Source: Octopus sinensis
Lineage: Eukaryota
Assembly: GCF_006345805.1 (NCBI RefSeq)
Contig: NC_042998.1
Coordinates: forward strand, 992,001-1,056,000
DNA: 64,000 bases
Reading direction: 5' to 3'
Below the pieces are notes generated by a model. That model made no database searches. It was given only the letters and a program-made list of their open reading frames with translations, and was not told the DNA's origin. Of the stretch, positions 12,195 through 25,500 are shown piece after piece. The position numbers were made by a program, and so were the translations under genes. Position 1 is the stretch's first letter. Every line of letters begins with the position of its first letter.

Positions 12195-12905
12195 CTGGCA
12201 TTTCGTCGGTTACGACGACGAGTATTCCAGTTGATTCGATCAGCGGAAAAGCCTGCACGTAGCTGAGCACTTCATAGATACGCATACTGTGGAGGCGCAA
12301 TGGCCCAGTGGTTAGGGCAGCGGACTCGCGGTCATAGGATCGCGGTTTCGATTCCCAGACAGGGCGTTGTGAGTGTTTATTGAGCGAAAACACCTAAAAG
12401 CTCCACGAGGCTCCGGCAGGGGAGGGTGGTGATCCCTGCTGTACTCTTTCACCACAACTTTCTCTCACTCTTACTCCCTGTTTCTGTTGTACCTGTATTT
12501 CAAGGGGCCGGCCTTGTCACTCTCTGTGTCACGCTGAATATCCCCGAGAGCTACGTTAAGGGTGCACGTGTCTGTGGAGTGCTCAGCCACTTACACGTTA
12601 ATTTCACGAGCAGGCTGTTCCGTTGATTCGGATCAACCGGAACCCTCATCGTCGTAACCGACGGAGTGCTTCCATTCCATTAAGATACGCATACCTTTAA
12701 TGTAGTTCACAGTGAGATACAGCGCGACACATAATGTGACAAGGCTGGTCCTTCGAATTACAGGTACTACTCATGTTTGCCGGCCGAGTGGACTGGAGCA
12801 ACGTGAAAAAAACGTGTCTTGCTCAAGGACACAACGCACCGCCGGAAAGCGAACTCATGACTTATGATCGTAAGTCGAATACCGTAATCGCTAAGCCGCG
12901 CATGC
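12195..12905 (-). mobile_element. CORE-like SINE with tail T1, interrupted by a younger SINE
   Basis: 3' part 12195-12287; 5' part 12683-12905; split at the agatacgcatac duplication. Confidence 0.75.
12288..12682 (+). mobile_element. Full-length SINE group A, tail T1, 12 bp TSD
   Basis: TSD agatacgcatac at 12276-12287 and 12683-12694; (ttcca)n terminal repeat. Confidence 0.92.
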
Positions 12906-13665
12906 GCACGCAACACACACAAAGTACGAATGTTCACGCAATGAATTAATTTGTGTATAAAAGGTTAGATTTATAAAATAAAATAATAATTAATAATTAA
13001 ACTTATAATACAACCAATACACGGAAGCTGTTGTCACATAACAAAATAAAATTGCATAACAAATCTTTTGCGCGTGTTGACGTCTGAAAATTAAAAAGAA
13101 CACAGTAATGGTGTCTTTTCCAATTTCATGGTCGATAAAATTAAGTAGCCATAAGAACGAGGGGCAATTAAAATGGGTTTAAGTTTCCGCTACACATTCG
13201 TGGCTTTATGGTTAAGCTAAGAATGATTATAATTTATTGAAAGCGTTGGATAGGAGAACAAGTAGAGAATCGTTTAAGCTGTATGTAGTATTTATTTAAG
13301 TCTCCTCACAATCTTCAATATAAGCTGTTCCTTTTATCTTTCTGCTGGTGGTTAGGGTAGGCGGCAATAAAATTATTTCTAATCAAGTACTATGATCGAT
13401 TTCATTAATTGTGCCCCGCTTTCTTTAAACTCCTGATACTGTGCCAAATCTTATAAATCAACATAGAATACAGTTTTTTTTAGTTTCGTGTTCAAATTCC
13501 ACACAGGTTGACAACCATTCATTCGTGGTCAATATAACGTGTACAAGTAATACTATGGAAGTTACTAAGAAATCTATGCTTCTTACATATAAATTTAGAC
13601 AATATGAGGATATTTATAAATTATTAATAGTAAAAAAGAAAAGGTGAATATTACTTTTGTGAAAT

Positions 13666-13960
13666 ACTGGAGGCACATGGCCTAGTGGTTAGAGGAGCGG
13701 ACTCGCGGTCGAGGGATCGCGGATTCGAATCTCAGACCGGGCGATGTGTGTGTTTATGAGCAAAACACCTAAGCTCCACGCGGCTCTGGCAGAAGGTAAT
13801 GGCGAACTTCTGCTGACTCTTTCGCCACAACTTTCTCTCACTCTTTCATCTTGCAGTTCACCTGTGTCGGACCTGCGTCCAGGTGGGGAGCCTATACGCC
13901 AAGGAAACCGGGAAACCGGCCCTATGAGCCAGGTATGACTCGAGAAGGAACAAACACATA
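13666..13960 (+). mobile_element. SINE group A head with F-related tail, 13 bp TSD
   Basis: TSD acttttgtgaaat at 13653-13665 and 13961-13973; tail ggaaaccgggaaaccggccctatgagcc. Confidence 0.88.
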
Positions 13961-14034
13961 ACTTTTGTGAAATGGATATAATACAAATTGTGGAATGTGT
14001 GTACGTTTGTACATCACATACACATATTGAATAA

Positions 14035-14235
14035 TGATTTCAAATGTTGGCACAAGGCCAGCAGTTTTGCGGGGTGGGGGCGGGGTGAGCAGAGATTACA
14101 TCAACATCAGTGTTCAACTGGTACTTATTTTACGGATACGGAAAGGATAGAAGACAAAGTCGGCTCAGGTGGAATTTGAACTCAGAACGTAAAGACTACT
14201 TGGTTGCTAACGATTCTGCTAGCTCTCGCCGCCTC
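14035..14235 (-). mobile_element. SINE group B monomer
   Basis: Tail gatttcaaatgttggcacaaggcc and core/head homologous to the other B copies. Confidence 0.8.
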
Positions 14236-14307
14236 GCAAATAGTGAATAATAATTGTGTGAAATGAAGAAAATATATTCTTGAATGAATATACGTTTGCA
14301 TGCACAC

Positions 14308-14340
<33 letters not shown>

Positions 14341-16369
14341 AGTCGGTTTGTTATGAGAGAGGAAGAGAAAGAGATGGTGGGGAAGAAAGAGAATGAGAGA
14401 AACTCACAGACAGAGTGGAGGGCGGAGAGCGAGAGAAGCTTAAACTAACAACTCTCCTGACCTACAATGATTTCCGGGTCACCATTCATCTAATCTAATT
14501 ACTAAAATTGTATTAAAGTCCTTCAATTTCATCTGTACACTGTTTAGATGAAAGTATAAAAAAAGGGGGGAAAGAAAAAAGAAAAAGAACGAAAAAAAAA
14601 GGAAAACTTCTTTCAAGATTGTTTTTATTGATCTTGTTGCTTATTTGCTATTTTACTCCCCACTCGCCATTCTTAATATATTTTACAAAATTTCAAATTT
14701 TTCTATGTTATTCCAAATCTCTGGTGGATATTTCCAAATTCAAAGCAATAATTTCGTTACTGATATGTTATTCTAAGTGTTGAAAAAATAAAGAAAAGAC
14801 ATATAGAAAAATAAAAGCAAAGGAGCCAGCAGTTGTAGTAATTTATATAGCAGGCCATTCCACAGAACTATATTTTACCAAAGCACTGTAACTACATCGT
14901 ATGGTTTCAGAGGAGTTGTTTGACATTTCCATAAGGAAAGAAAGGAAAACATATTGAAACTGCAGCCCGTTGAAGGAGTGGCGGCACCGGTTTGTTTGTT
15001 ATTAGTAAAAATCTAAGAGGGAATTATTTATATCCAAATTCAAATAAAATTTGAAAATTGTGATATTTATGGAGTATTTAATGAAATAAAAGTGAAAATT
15101 CGGTGTTCGTAGGTTGGTCCATTATATGCAATAAAAAAAAAGTTGCTTATTTTGTTTTGTAAGTGTGAGTGGGTGTGGGTGTGGGTGGATACAGCTGTAG
15201 TTCTGAATTGAATATCTACTTTTCTTTCCCATCCCTTTTCATGTGTGTGTGTGTGTGTGTGTGTGTGTGCCTATTCATACATTGCGTGTATTTGCTTGAA
15301 TAACTCTGTGGAGGTATAAATATATATTCATATAAATGTATGTGTGTGTGTGTATATATATATATATATACATAACTCATGTACACACACATACTTGATT
15401 ATATGACTGAAGTGATTATATATGTAGAGTGTGAACGAGTGAGATAAGGATATACATACACACACACACACACACACACATATATATTTATATATATATA
15501 TGAAAGAGAGAGAGAGAGAGAGAGAGAGTAGGAAGAGAGATAAAGAGGAGATATATCAAATCGCAGACAGGTCATACTCTAATTTAAAGAAAATAAATGG
15601 AATCTGCATCAAAATCAATACTTTATATTGTGTCTTATGACCTATGATTAGTTCCCTTAGTGACATATGATTGACATCTGATTTCGAATAATAGCTTTAA
15701 CCTATATCATAGAAAGATTAGTTTCAATTACCTTCTATAAATTGTTGTGGTAACGTTTATCTCGAGAGTGTACAACATAAGCTAATGACCAGTTAGAAGA
15801 AGATATTCACGCAAAAACAAAAGACCAGCTTGCCAAGTATATTTCGAAAATATTGATCTTCGTTTATTCCTAGTGTTGTAGTGGTTGCTCTCAATAATGT
15901 TAAGTGTAGTAGTAACGCCAGCAAGATAGAGTTGGTTTAACCTGAAACGTGAGAAAGAAACGTCTTTCCAATTTCAATAATTGAGTCTCGTATGTTCTGT
16001 AACTTAACCTGAATCCACCCTCTCGTTGAACACAACCACCCGGTTAGTAGCGGCCTTTAGTAGAGTCTACACAGTTGCAAGCAATCAGCACAGTTCTTCA
16101 TTTTAAGAGACAACTGCTACCTTCCCTCACACTACTTTTGGTAGCCCTGTAAAGGGTCATAGGCGCTGCCTACCTTCTTTAGTGAACAGTATGATATGAA
16201 AATAAAATAAAAATGAAAATATAATTTAAGATTAAGCAAAATATTTTCTGTAAGGTTAAAGTCCATTTATCCAATATTTTCTAATTGCAATGAGTGATTC
16301 GTATAAACAAAGTTTTAATTAGCCTTTTAGTATTATTTTTGTTTCATATTCTATAGAAGTGTGTATAAT

Positions 16370-16535
16370 GATGGTTTCAAATTTTGGCACATGGCTGGCA
16401 ATTTCGGAGGAATTCAACTGGTACCTATTTTATCGATCCTGAAAGGACGAAAGGTAAAGTTGACCTCGGCGGAATTTGAATTCAAAACGTAAAGACGGAT
16501 TAAATGCCACTAAGAATTTTGTCCGCCGTGCTTTA
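16370..16535 (-). mobile_element. SINE group B monomer
   Basis: gacctcggcggaatttgaattcaaaacgtaaagacgg core. Confidence 0.8.
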
Positions 16536-17094
16536 CACACTATTTCAGAGTATTAACTTGTGTATGGTGTAGTGATTCTAGTGACCAATTGGATGATTGA
16601 GGCCCCAACAATGGTTCTTTTTATGCTGTGTATCTGAAGCAAATCAACTTCGTATTCGGCATTCTTTCCTCAGCCTATGGCATAATTAGCTACTAAAACA
16701 GTTCACAATTTGTTCATTGTTGATCAACTACTAACGGCGGACAGTAGTTGTATATAGTATCTTCTTATTACGAAATAAAAATTAAACGATTTGCTCACGG
16801 TCGCAACATACCTGCTGATTGTTAATCTAAAAAAGATACTGATTACCTGAGGATGAATAAAAATGGATACGAGCTAATAGATATTTAGAAATTATGTGGT
16901 TTATCCCAAGCTCTCATTTCTAAATTACATTTAAAAGAAGGAAACTTTAGTTTTTTAATATATACGTAATGAAGAATACATTAATATATATGTATGTGTG
17001 TATGTATATATATGTAGCTATACATACATACATACATACAAATCTGCACATACATACATACATACATACAGACAGACAGACAGACAGTTTAAAT

Positions 17095-17270
17095 TTACAG
17101 AAAACAAAAGACGAAGACAAGTGCAGGAACCAGCAGGTGTATTAGTTTAGCGCTCGGGAAGAATGGAAAAGTCTTGTGCGTTTCGAGCCTAAACTCTTCG
17201 CCAGAGAAGGATTAAGAGGAAATTAACGAAATGAACAGAGAGAAAATGAAAAGAAAAAAAACGCAGGTAG
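17095..17270 (-). mobile_element. Penelope-like terminal fragment next to a (CATA)n/(CAGA)n microsatellite
   Basis: aagacgaagac...cgctcgggaag...gtttcgagcct is homologous to 43480-43650; hammerhead-like motif on minus. Confidence 0.55.
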
Positions 17271-18045
17271 AAACAATGTCTAGTATTATTACAATACTTG
17301 AAATTCAGCTACATAAACCACGTAAACAATTTCCGTAAAGATTTTTCCTCATGAAATAAACCACTTTAGATGAACTGATTGGTTCTATACTTCCTGTCTT
17401 ATGATTCTTAAAATATTGATTGGAAAAGAATTTCAGTTGTTAAAAGCTTTCAGTACCCAAATAAATTGTCTAGAAGTAACCTTTAGTTGAAATCGTTTCA
17501 CCTCATATACATGATAACGTACAATGATGTTAGCGATGCATAGTCCCCCTTACAATATGCATTATAAGTTTTATAATAATGCGTCCTTTATCTATTAGCT
17601 TAAGAGTAATATTTCAGATCCAGTACTTCATTACATTGAGAAGTCATAGCTCTGACACTGAGGATGAGATTAGAATATCTCAGGAATAACATGGATTCCT
17701 CAAGCTGAATCAACCGGCAGAAGACCGAGGGCTAGAATAAGAATGAGATAGTTGGTTAATATCCATGGTCTCTTGGGTATCCAGCAGGAAAGTATAATGG
17801 CGGTTGCTTCTGAGCGGACCTTAACGAAGGTGCCTGAGGACTCAACTACCGGGTTGTGGTAGGTGGAGATGGACGGATGAATAGTAAGGAACTATTTGTT
17901 ATTATGAAAAGGAACACAGCAAAGAATAGTTGCTGCTGGTGTCTTTCTTGAAAAAATCATAATTAAAACTCATAAGATATTCATTATTCAATAAAAAATA
18001 TTATTGCTTTCTTAGATATGAGCTTTAATATTTTAATTTTATTTG

Positions 18046-18480
18046 AAGGCGGTAAGCTGGCAGAATCGTTAGCACACCGGGCAAAACGCTTAGCAGTATT
18101 TCGTCTGCCGCTACGTTCTGAGTTCAAATTCCGCCGAGGTCGACTTTGCCTTTCATCCTTTCGGGGTCGATTAATTAAGGACCAGTTACGCACTGGGGTC
18201 GATATAATCGACTTAATCCGTTTGTCTGTCCTTGTTTGTCCTCTCTGTGTTTAGCCCCTTGAGGGTAGCAAAGAAATAAGTAAGCTGACAAATCATAACC
18301 ATGCTGTACAAAATGTTTAGCGGCATTTCGTTCGTCTTCACGTTCTGGGTTCAAATTTCGCCGGGATCGACTTTTCCTTTCACCCTTTCGGAGTCGATAA
18401 AAAAAGTACCGGTTGAACATTGGAGTCAATGTAATCGACTTAAACCGATACCTTGTGCCAAAATTTGAAATCAATATCTT
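18046..18480 (+). mobile_element. SINE group B head+core+linker followed by a second B monomer
   Basis: gaaggcggtaagctggcagaatcg head; linker to 18280; second core 18340-18475. Confidence 0.88.
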
Positions 18481-19726
18481 CTTTTACTTTACTTTAGAGG
18501 TGTCTATTTTTAGAAGTGGAAAACTCATTGTAGTAGATGACTATTTCTACACTCTTGATTCAACACGCCTTTTTTCATCTAGCAGCCAAGCATAAATACT
18601 TTTCCTACAGGATAGGTCACTAGCATTTGACTGACCGAAGGTAAGCTTATTCTCTATTCAAAGCTAATCACAAGTCATTATGTAATTATTCGAGGATTTG
18701 GATAGATATCTTTATCGTCTTTAGTCGGGCGAATTCCTGGAGCATTGAATCTAGTCGTGTTTTGCACTTTGTCCCTGGAAAAAAAGTTATGAGATGTAAA
18801 AGTGTGAGTTTATTAAGTGGTTCTCAGTGGTAATCAATAGAAAATAAAATAGGAAAATAGATACCTAGTGAGGTATCTTTGTCTTGAGAGAAAGAAAATC
18901 TTTATATAGGGACAATTTGGAGAGTAGTCTTTCTTTCTGAAGACGGCTTAGTATATAAATGTTTTTGATTGAAGAAACAATTCCCTGATGTGTGAGAAGT
19001 AAGTACTTTGTACGTCGTTGTATGTAGCTGCTCTTCAAGACTACAATATTAATGGCCATTAACAAGCGAACCCGGTCATTTTAGTACAGTGTTGACTACA
19101 TGGAATATGTAGTTTCCATGACAAATTGATCAAGATGTTTAGGCCACGTGTTAAAGACCCGCTGATTTGAGTTGTATCCTTTGAGAGTATAGGGGAAGTA
19201 TGATACATTTTTTACTTTGAAATCCGCTGTGTATTCCTTTTAGTAATGTTGAATGTGACTGTGTCCTCATCTCGCATGATGTTTTGATTAATTAAAAGGG
19301 AAGCGAATGCTACGCGGGAGGTGTGTACTGAAAGTGTATATGTGTGCGCGGAATGATGGAGAAGGGTTTATAGACATGTCACTGGAATAGGATTATGTAT
19401 GAGAGCAACGTAAAATAGGTTGTTATACAGTAAGAAATGAGTCAGAATAATTACACGCCTCCCCACCTTGCCACTTCATAACTTACAAGTGGTCACCGTG
19501 TAAACTCGCTAAAATGCATATAAAAGCCGCTTTTTTTTAACCCACAAGGATAGATCGGTAAAGCTCAAAAATATTCACTCGAAACGTAGTTTAACGTAGT
19601 TTTGTCACAACATTGCACTATGTGTAATGTTGTATTCTGAACCTTCTGCAGATCAAACTTATGCATTTAATGTTTTGTGTGTTGAGATATTTTAAATGAT
19701 AATCGTTTATAATTATCGCTATAAAT

Positions 19727-19980
19727 CAGTGGTTCTCTAACGGAGTTCATTATGGCCTTTGAGGGCCCATATAAGATTTTGTTATTGAAATTTATGTGCA
19801 ATAAATTCCTTATTCTTCTACAATGTACAAAATATTTTAATTTTTTATATAATCCCTGATAATATTTACTTATAAAAATACAGTGGCATTTTTTATATAC
19901 AACAAATGGCTATGGGAGATCCAGTAGAATAAAATAGAAACCAAAGGGGCCCATAAGAAGAAAATGGATGAGAACCAGCG
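19727..19980. mobile_element. hAT MITE with a perfect 8 bp TSD
   Basis: TIRs cagtggttctc / gagaaccagcg; TSD ctataaat at 19719-19726 and 19981-19988. Confidence 0.88.
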
Positions 19981-21329
19981 CTATAAATTATCCATTGGAG
20001 CTCAGACGAGGTAAGTGGCCGTAATCCGTCTGGCTATCTTTCTTGATCGGGTGCAATCTTAGTTGCATGTATTTTACGTTCATGTTATAATTTGCAAGAC
20101 ATTAGAAAGAAAACGACTTCTTAAGATTTGGAGGTCGTAGAGATTAACTTAAGCTGATAGATTTAACAACGTCAATATTTGTTTTGAAAAAAAGTCCACT
20201 TGGGGGCTATTGATTGTAAGAACTGCGTTGCAAAGATCCGTTGCTGCATGTTGAATAAAACATAACCTACAGTTGATAAGAAATGTGATGAATTTGAGCT
20301 CATAAATGTTATTTGCGGAATTGTTTGAATTAAAGAATTGGGGTCATGGAGACAAAGTTAGTTGAAAGGAAGTAGGAATTGTGAAAGACAGTAAAAAGCT
20401 GTTCGTTCACTGGTTAAAAGGATAATCTGTAAAAGATTACTTTTGCAAAATAGATTTAGATTTGAACTGTCGTAAGAAACTTTGTGAAGCACAGATTAGT
20501 TCTCAGTAAGACATCTGGTCAGGTTTCAAGCCCAGTACGTGGGACTTCATTTCAATTTAATCAATAATACCTTTTAGTCCTACTATCGTATTTTTGTCAC
20601 ATTAAGATATAAGTTCTTGAATGTAAACAATCTTATATCTCGTAAATATGAATAACAATGACTTAGTGTGGTGCAATAGATAATGGTGACTGATAACTTC
20701 CAACCATATTGGTCTCTCCTTTAAATCCTGCCCAGCTTTTGAACTGAATAGACACAAGAATTAAGTGTTCGTAATTTGTATCTGAAATGAAGACCGAATC
20801 ACGCCTTCAGTTTCACAGTTTGTGTCTTTTAATAGCAGTCATCCAATAGGTAACTTCTTGCTCTATTTTCTGACTATTTTTGCAGTAAAAATACAAAGAA
20901 TAAATAAGCATATAAAAATAACATAAAAATTAGTAAAGATTGTCCTAGACTTAAGTGGAATTGGGTGGTGTTTACATAATAAGGCAGGGGGTCTGTTAGT
21001 GAAAAGTTGAGAGACATGAATGCAGAGGTAGATTAAAGATAGGATTTAGCGATTGACATGTGGGGTGCTTATGTAATTAGATGTGAGTTTCTGGCTGTGT
21101 ATTCGTGGATCAAAAGAGTAGTAATTGGGAAGGTGTGTAGTATCTCCTACGTTGGACGATGAGAACTGGGTTGCCAGTTCTATTCCTAGACCGCGTGTTT
21201 GTTTGTTTTTTTTTTTTTGGTTTTTTGAAAAAAATAAGACATTTCTTTTCATGTTCACTCACTTGAAATTGAGTACAAGCGACAAATGGGGGTATTGTTA
21301 ACATATATGTATGTGTGTGTGTGAGTGTG

Positions 21330-21510
21330 TGTATGTATGTATGTATGTATGTATGTATTCGACTGATTTCCATAGCGTTTCTGTCTACATAATTCGGGCA
21401 TTGGTCGAACCAGGGCTATGGTAGAAAACACCCAAAGTGCCGTGCCGTGGAACTGACCTCGAATGCACATCGTTGTAAAGCGAGATTGTAAACCACGCAG
21501 CAATGCCAGC
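21330..21510 (-). mobile_element. Degenerate SINE group C 5' half with its microsatellite
   Basis: ggtcgaaccagggctatggtagaaaacacccaaagtgcc is homologous to 40560-40620. Confidence 0.6.
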
Positions 21511-21959
21511 AAAAGTATTTTAATTGATTGCTTCAGAGTACTTTTATGCAAGGTTTTGATGCTTATCTTAATGTTGATTTAAACGAAAGTAAATTAAATT
21601 TATATCTGAGATACGCATGCAGCTTATTCGCCCAACGCTATGGAAAACGAACAAATTCTCTCATTATCTCCGATATTAAATTAATTAATCAAGTAATTAA
21701 TTAAACATATCATACATTGATTACAATCGGTGTAATACTATAGAGATATATTTAGAGATCATGGAGGTGGGGAAGAACACAGGAAATAGACGAGAGGAAG
21801 AGGACAAAAAAAGAGAAACGTGTAAAAACTGCAATTGAAACAAGAACGTTGATGTGAAAAGTAAAACAGAGGAAAGAAGAGGGTGGAAATTATAAATTTT
21901 ACTAGAATATCCATTCATTCGTCTATGCAAAAACGTGCATGCATATACATATGTGTGTG

Positions 21960-22600
21960 TGCATATATGATGGCTGACCACTCGTGATTGACGAAGACCA
22001 TTACGGACCGTTGCCGATGCAAAATGCCAGCAATGCCTGTGCATAGGGTTATTTCACCCACGGTCGACTTCCCCCGGGCTCCCGCCTACGGCTTCTATTA
22101 TCGACGCAGCGGCCTCCTACACTCGAACAGTCACCGGAAAATCACTACGCTGCTCATCGCGTAACCTAATATTGTAGGTCCAATACCTCACAGACTTCTT
22201 CAACCTATTAACATGATCCGGAGACAAGCTAGTGCGAGATATCCAGTACCAATGTGTATCGCAGGCTCAAGAATTTGGGGCGCCATGATCTCAAGCAGAA
22301 GCAAAATATATCCCAAATGTCCAACGTCATTCTTTGCATATCCAGTTTTATATTAGAGTGACCTCTCAGAGACATGCTTTAACAAAAGCTGAGAGATGCC
22401 TCACTCCGAGAGGTTTTCCAGACTGGCAGAGTGAGAATTTATGACGGCCCGTGCTATTGCTAGATAATCGTGGAACCTACACTTGGTTCATCTGTTTTTT
22501 GACAAGTTTTGGTTTTAGTCCTACTGAGTCTCTAGCAACCGCCCTCACCAGCAAGACTAGCTGGGAGGTGGTGGTTTAGTTACCGACGATCCGACCACAC
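21960..22600 (-). mobile_element. Highly degenerate LINE 3' fragment, possibly RTE-like
   Basis: GC-richer block; weak translated similarity (ET..., GHL) to the RTE C-terminal region; many stops. Confidence 0.35.
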
Positions 22601-22685
22601 AACAAGTTCTACAGGATTTCATGTTACCAGTAGCACTCAAAAGAGAACTCACCAGTGAGCTGACATAAGTATATATATGTGTATG

Positions 22686-23019
22686 TGAAGGCGCATGGCT
22701 CAGTGGTTAGAGAGTCGGGCTTATAATGGTGGGGTTGTGAGTTCGATTCCCGGACTGGATTGTGTATTGTTGAAGTGAACACCTTAGTTCGCGTCGCTCC
22801 AGTTCTCTCAGCGGTAGAAATGAGTTGCGACGTCACTGGTGCCAAGCTATATCGGTATTTGCCTTTCCCTTGGATAACATCGATGGCGTGGAGAGGGGAG
22901 ACATACGGGGGCGACCGGTGGTCTTTCACAAACAACCTTGTCTGGGCTTGTGCCTTGGAAGGGAACTAAGAACAGTCTCATGATCATTCGTAACCGAAGT
23001 GGGTCTTTACCCTTTACCC
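22686..23019 (+). mobile_element. Full-length CORE-like SINE group D
   Basis: Head gaaggcgcatggctcagtggttagag...gagttcgattccc; CORE-like gctccagttctctcagcggtagaaatgagt; tail taaccgaagtgggtc(tttaccc)n. Confidence 0.85.
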
Positions 23020-23062
<43 letters not shown>

Positions 23063-23464
23063 GCATATACACATACATATATCCGTATGTATATACGTAT
23101 GATCAGTTCCGTAAGTAATTTCTGTGTGATGATTTAGCCAAGAGTAAAAGACCAGCGCACAAACCGAAACTGAAGTAAAAAAGAAATGCATCAAGAATAG
23201 ACTGAAGGTCAAAATGTTGAAAAATGAATGGGAAAACTTCATTGTAAATCGTTGATCGAGGAGGAAAGTAGAGCAAGATGGGAGAAAGAAATTTGTGCAA
23301 ATACGCATCAAAGCATGAGCAGCTCAAAAGAGATGAGTTTAAGGGCCTTGATGTGAATTTGCTTGAGTATGTAGGCGCACAACCCAGTTTATCATGTAAC
23401 GAATGGTGGCGTGTCTGTCTAAGTAAGACATGACTTAAAAGTCGTCAGAAAGGTCACACCCACA

Positions 23465-23634
23465 GAGTAGTTGCTGTGTGGTAAGAAGCTTGCTTCCCGA
23501 CCATATGGTTCCGGATTCAGTCCCACTGTGTGGCACCTTGGGCAAATGTCTTCTTCTATAGCCTCAGGCTGAACAAAGCCTTGTTGAGTGAATTTGGTTG
23601 ACGGAAACTGAAAGAAGCCCGTCGTATTTATATG

Positions 23635-23706
<72 letters not shown>
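23465..23706 (+). mobile_element. SINE group C 5' half ending in TA/(TG)n
   Basis: ggttcagtcccact...caccttgggcaaatgtcttc...gaaactgaaagaagcccgtcgta, then (TG)n 23647-23706. Confidence 0.85.
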
Positions 23707-23707
<1 letters not shown>

Positions 23708-24279
23708 TGGGGGATTATAGTCATAGATCGTAAAGAGGTGCCATCAATAGTTGGATAAGGAGAGAGAAAAGGCTTGAAAATATGGAAAGACGAAGCAAAC
23801 CAGAGACCGAAAGAAACAGTGAATGGTTCGAGGTACGGAAAGGAAAAAAGAAACAAACAAAAAAACGGAGCTAAAAGAAAAAGAAAAACAAGCAAGAGGG
23901 AAATAGAGAGAAGCACAGTTACTGGGAGGAAGAGAATGAGACTTACGATAGCAGTCATATCAACAAAACAAGTGTCATTTTACTGTTTGCCAAAATTAAT
24001 GACGTTTAGCGAAGGTTTTGCGCACTGAGCCATCATTTCTTGTATGGCGGGAAAGAAACGAGTGACAATTCTCATCCCACATGGTCTTTTAGAGCAATTA
24101 GTTTATTATGCTAAAAGGGTGCGCTCGAGTGCATGAGACCCGCTGCGTATGTAAACGAACGTTGTGTGGCGGTTTCCCCGGTGAGCTGGAATAATATTTA
24201 AAGAAATATGGAAGTGAAACGCTTTAAAAATGGTTTCTGTGAAATCAAATATCAAATTAGATTACCACTGCCGAATACA

Positions 24280-24501
24280 CACACACACACACACATACAT
24301 ACACACACACATACATATACATTTTGAGTGCGTGCCTCTCTCTATATATATGTACATGTACGTATGCATATATATGTGTCTGTATGTGTGTGCGTGCGTG
24401 TGTGCGCGCAATTAACCACTGTGATTTATTATATATGCACACATGTATATATATATGTATATATATACATATACATATATATATATACATACATACATAT
24501 A

Positions 24502-24551
<50 letters not shown>

Positions 24552-24600
24552 TATATATAGCATATATATATATAGCATATAAATATATATGTGTATGTGT
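24280..24600. repeat. Compound (CA)n/(TA)n microsatellite
   Basis: Direct reading. Confidence 0.9.
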
Positions 24601-24864
24601 GTGTATACAGCAGGTGTCCCATAAATAAGGCAGTATTTAATCATTTCTTTAATGGGGAATGCATCTTTATTTATGAAACAGCTGATATGTGTTTACGTAT
24701 GGAATGTATACATACATGTGTGTGTGTGTGTGTGTGTGTGTATTGTGGATATGAATACATAAATATATGTAATTTAAAGATATATGAATGTTTGGGTCTG
24801 TGTATAGAAATAGAGATGTTAATAGTGCGTAAGACATATGGATAAGTATATAGTTACTTGTATA

Positions 24865-24904
<40 letters not shown>

Positions 24905-24999
24905 TGTGAATGATTCTGCCGGAAATGTGGTTAACATAAGAAAATAAGATTAGATAACTCTTGTTTTATTTTGTAAATAGTGTATTGTCGTTATTATCA

Positions 25000-25175
25000 G
25001 AATCGTTAACACGCCAACCAAACTGCTTAGCAATATTTCATCCGTCTTTACGTTCTGAGTTCAAGTTCCGCCGAGGGGGTCGATAACATAAGAACCATTC
25101 GAACAAAGGGGTTGATGGATTCGATTTATCTCTTCCCTCAAAATTGCTGGCCTTGTGACAAAATTTGAAATCATC
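25000..25175 (+). mobile_element. SINE group B with an internal deletion
   Basis: cgttctgagttcaagttccgccgagg; tail aaattgctggccttgtgacaaaatttgaaatc. Confidence 0.8.
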
Positions 25176-25388
25176 GTTATTATTTTGCAGACCTCTGTTT
25201 GTGTCTCAACGAGAGAAGTACTATATGACCGATTGAATCGCTAGAAGCTGGAGTATGATATCCCTCAATTCAAAGCCTGTAGTCTTTTACAATTGAAACA
25301 AGCTATCTGATGAAGTACATTCTTTGAATAGGGGTCTACTTCATCAGACTTGATTTGAGCAACAAAAATGAAGTTGAAAATATTCATT

Positions 25389-25500
25389 ACATCCTCATCC
25401 TCCTCCTCCTCCTCCTCCTCCTCCCTCCTCCTCCTCCTTATCATATCACCATCATCATCACCATCATCATCACCATCTTCATCGTCCTCAATATCATCTT
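25389..25500. repeat. (CCT)n/(CAT)n trinucleotide repeat
   Basis: Direct reading; source of the acidic poly-E/D ORF. Confidence 0.9.

Noticed and set aside
18490-18595. FLYWCH- or calpain-like peptide IFRSGKLIVVDDYFY
   Set aside because: Similarity is limited to about 10 residues; the diagnostic downstream residues are absent and a stop follows.
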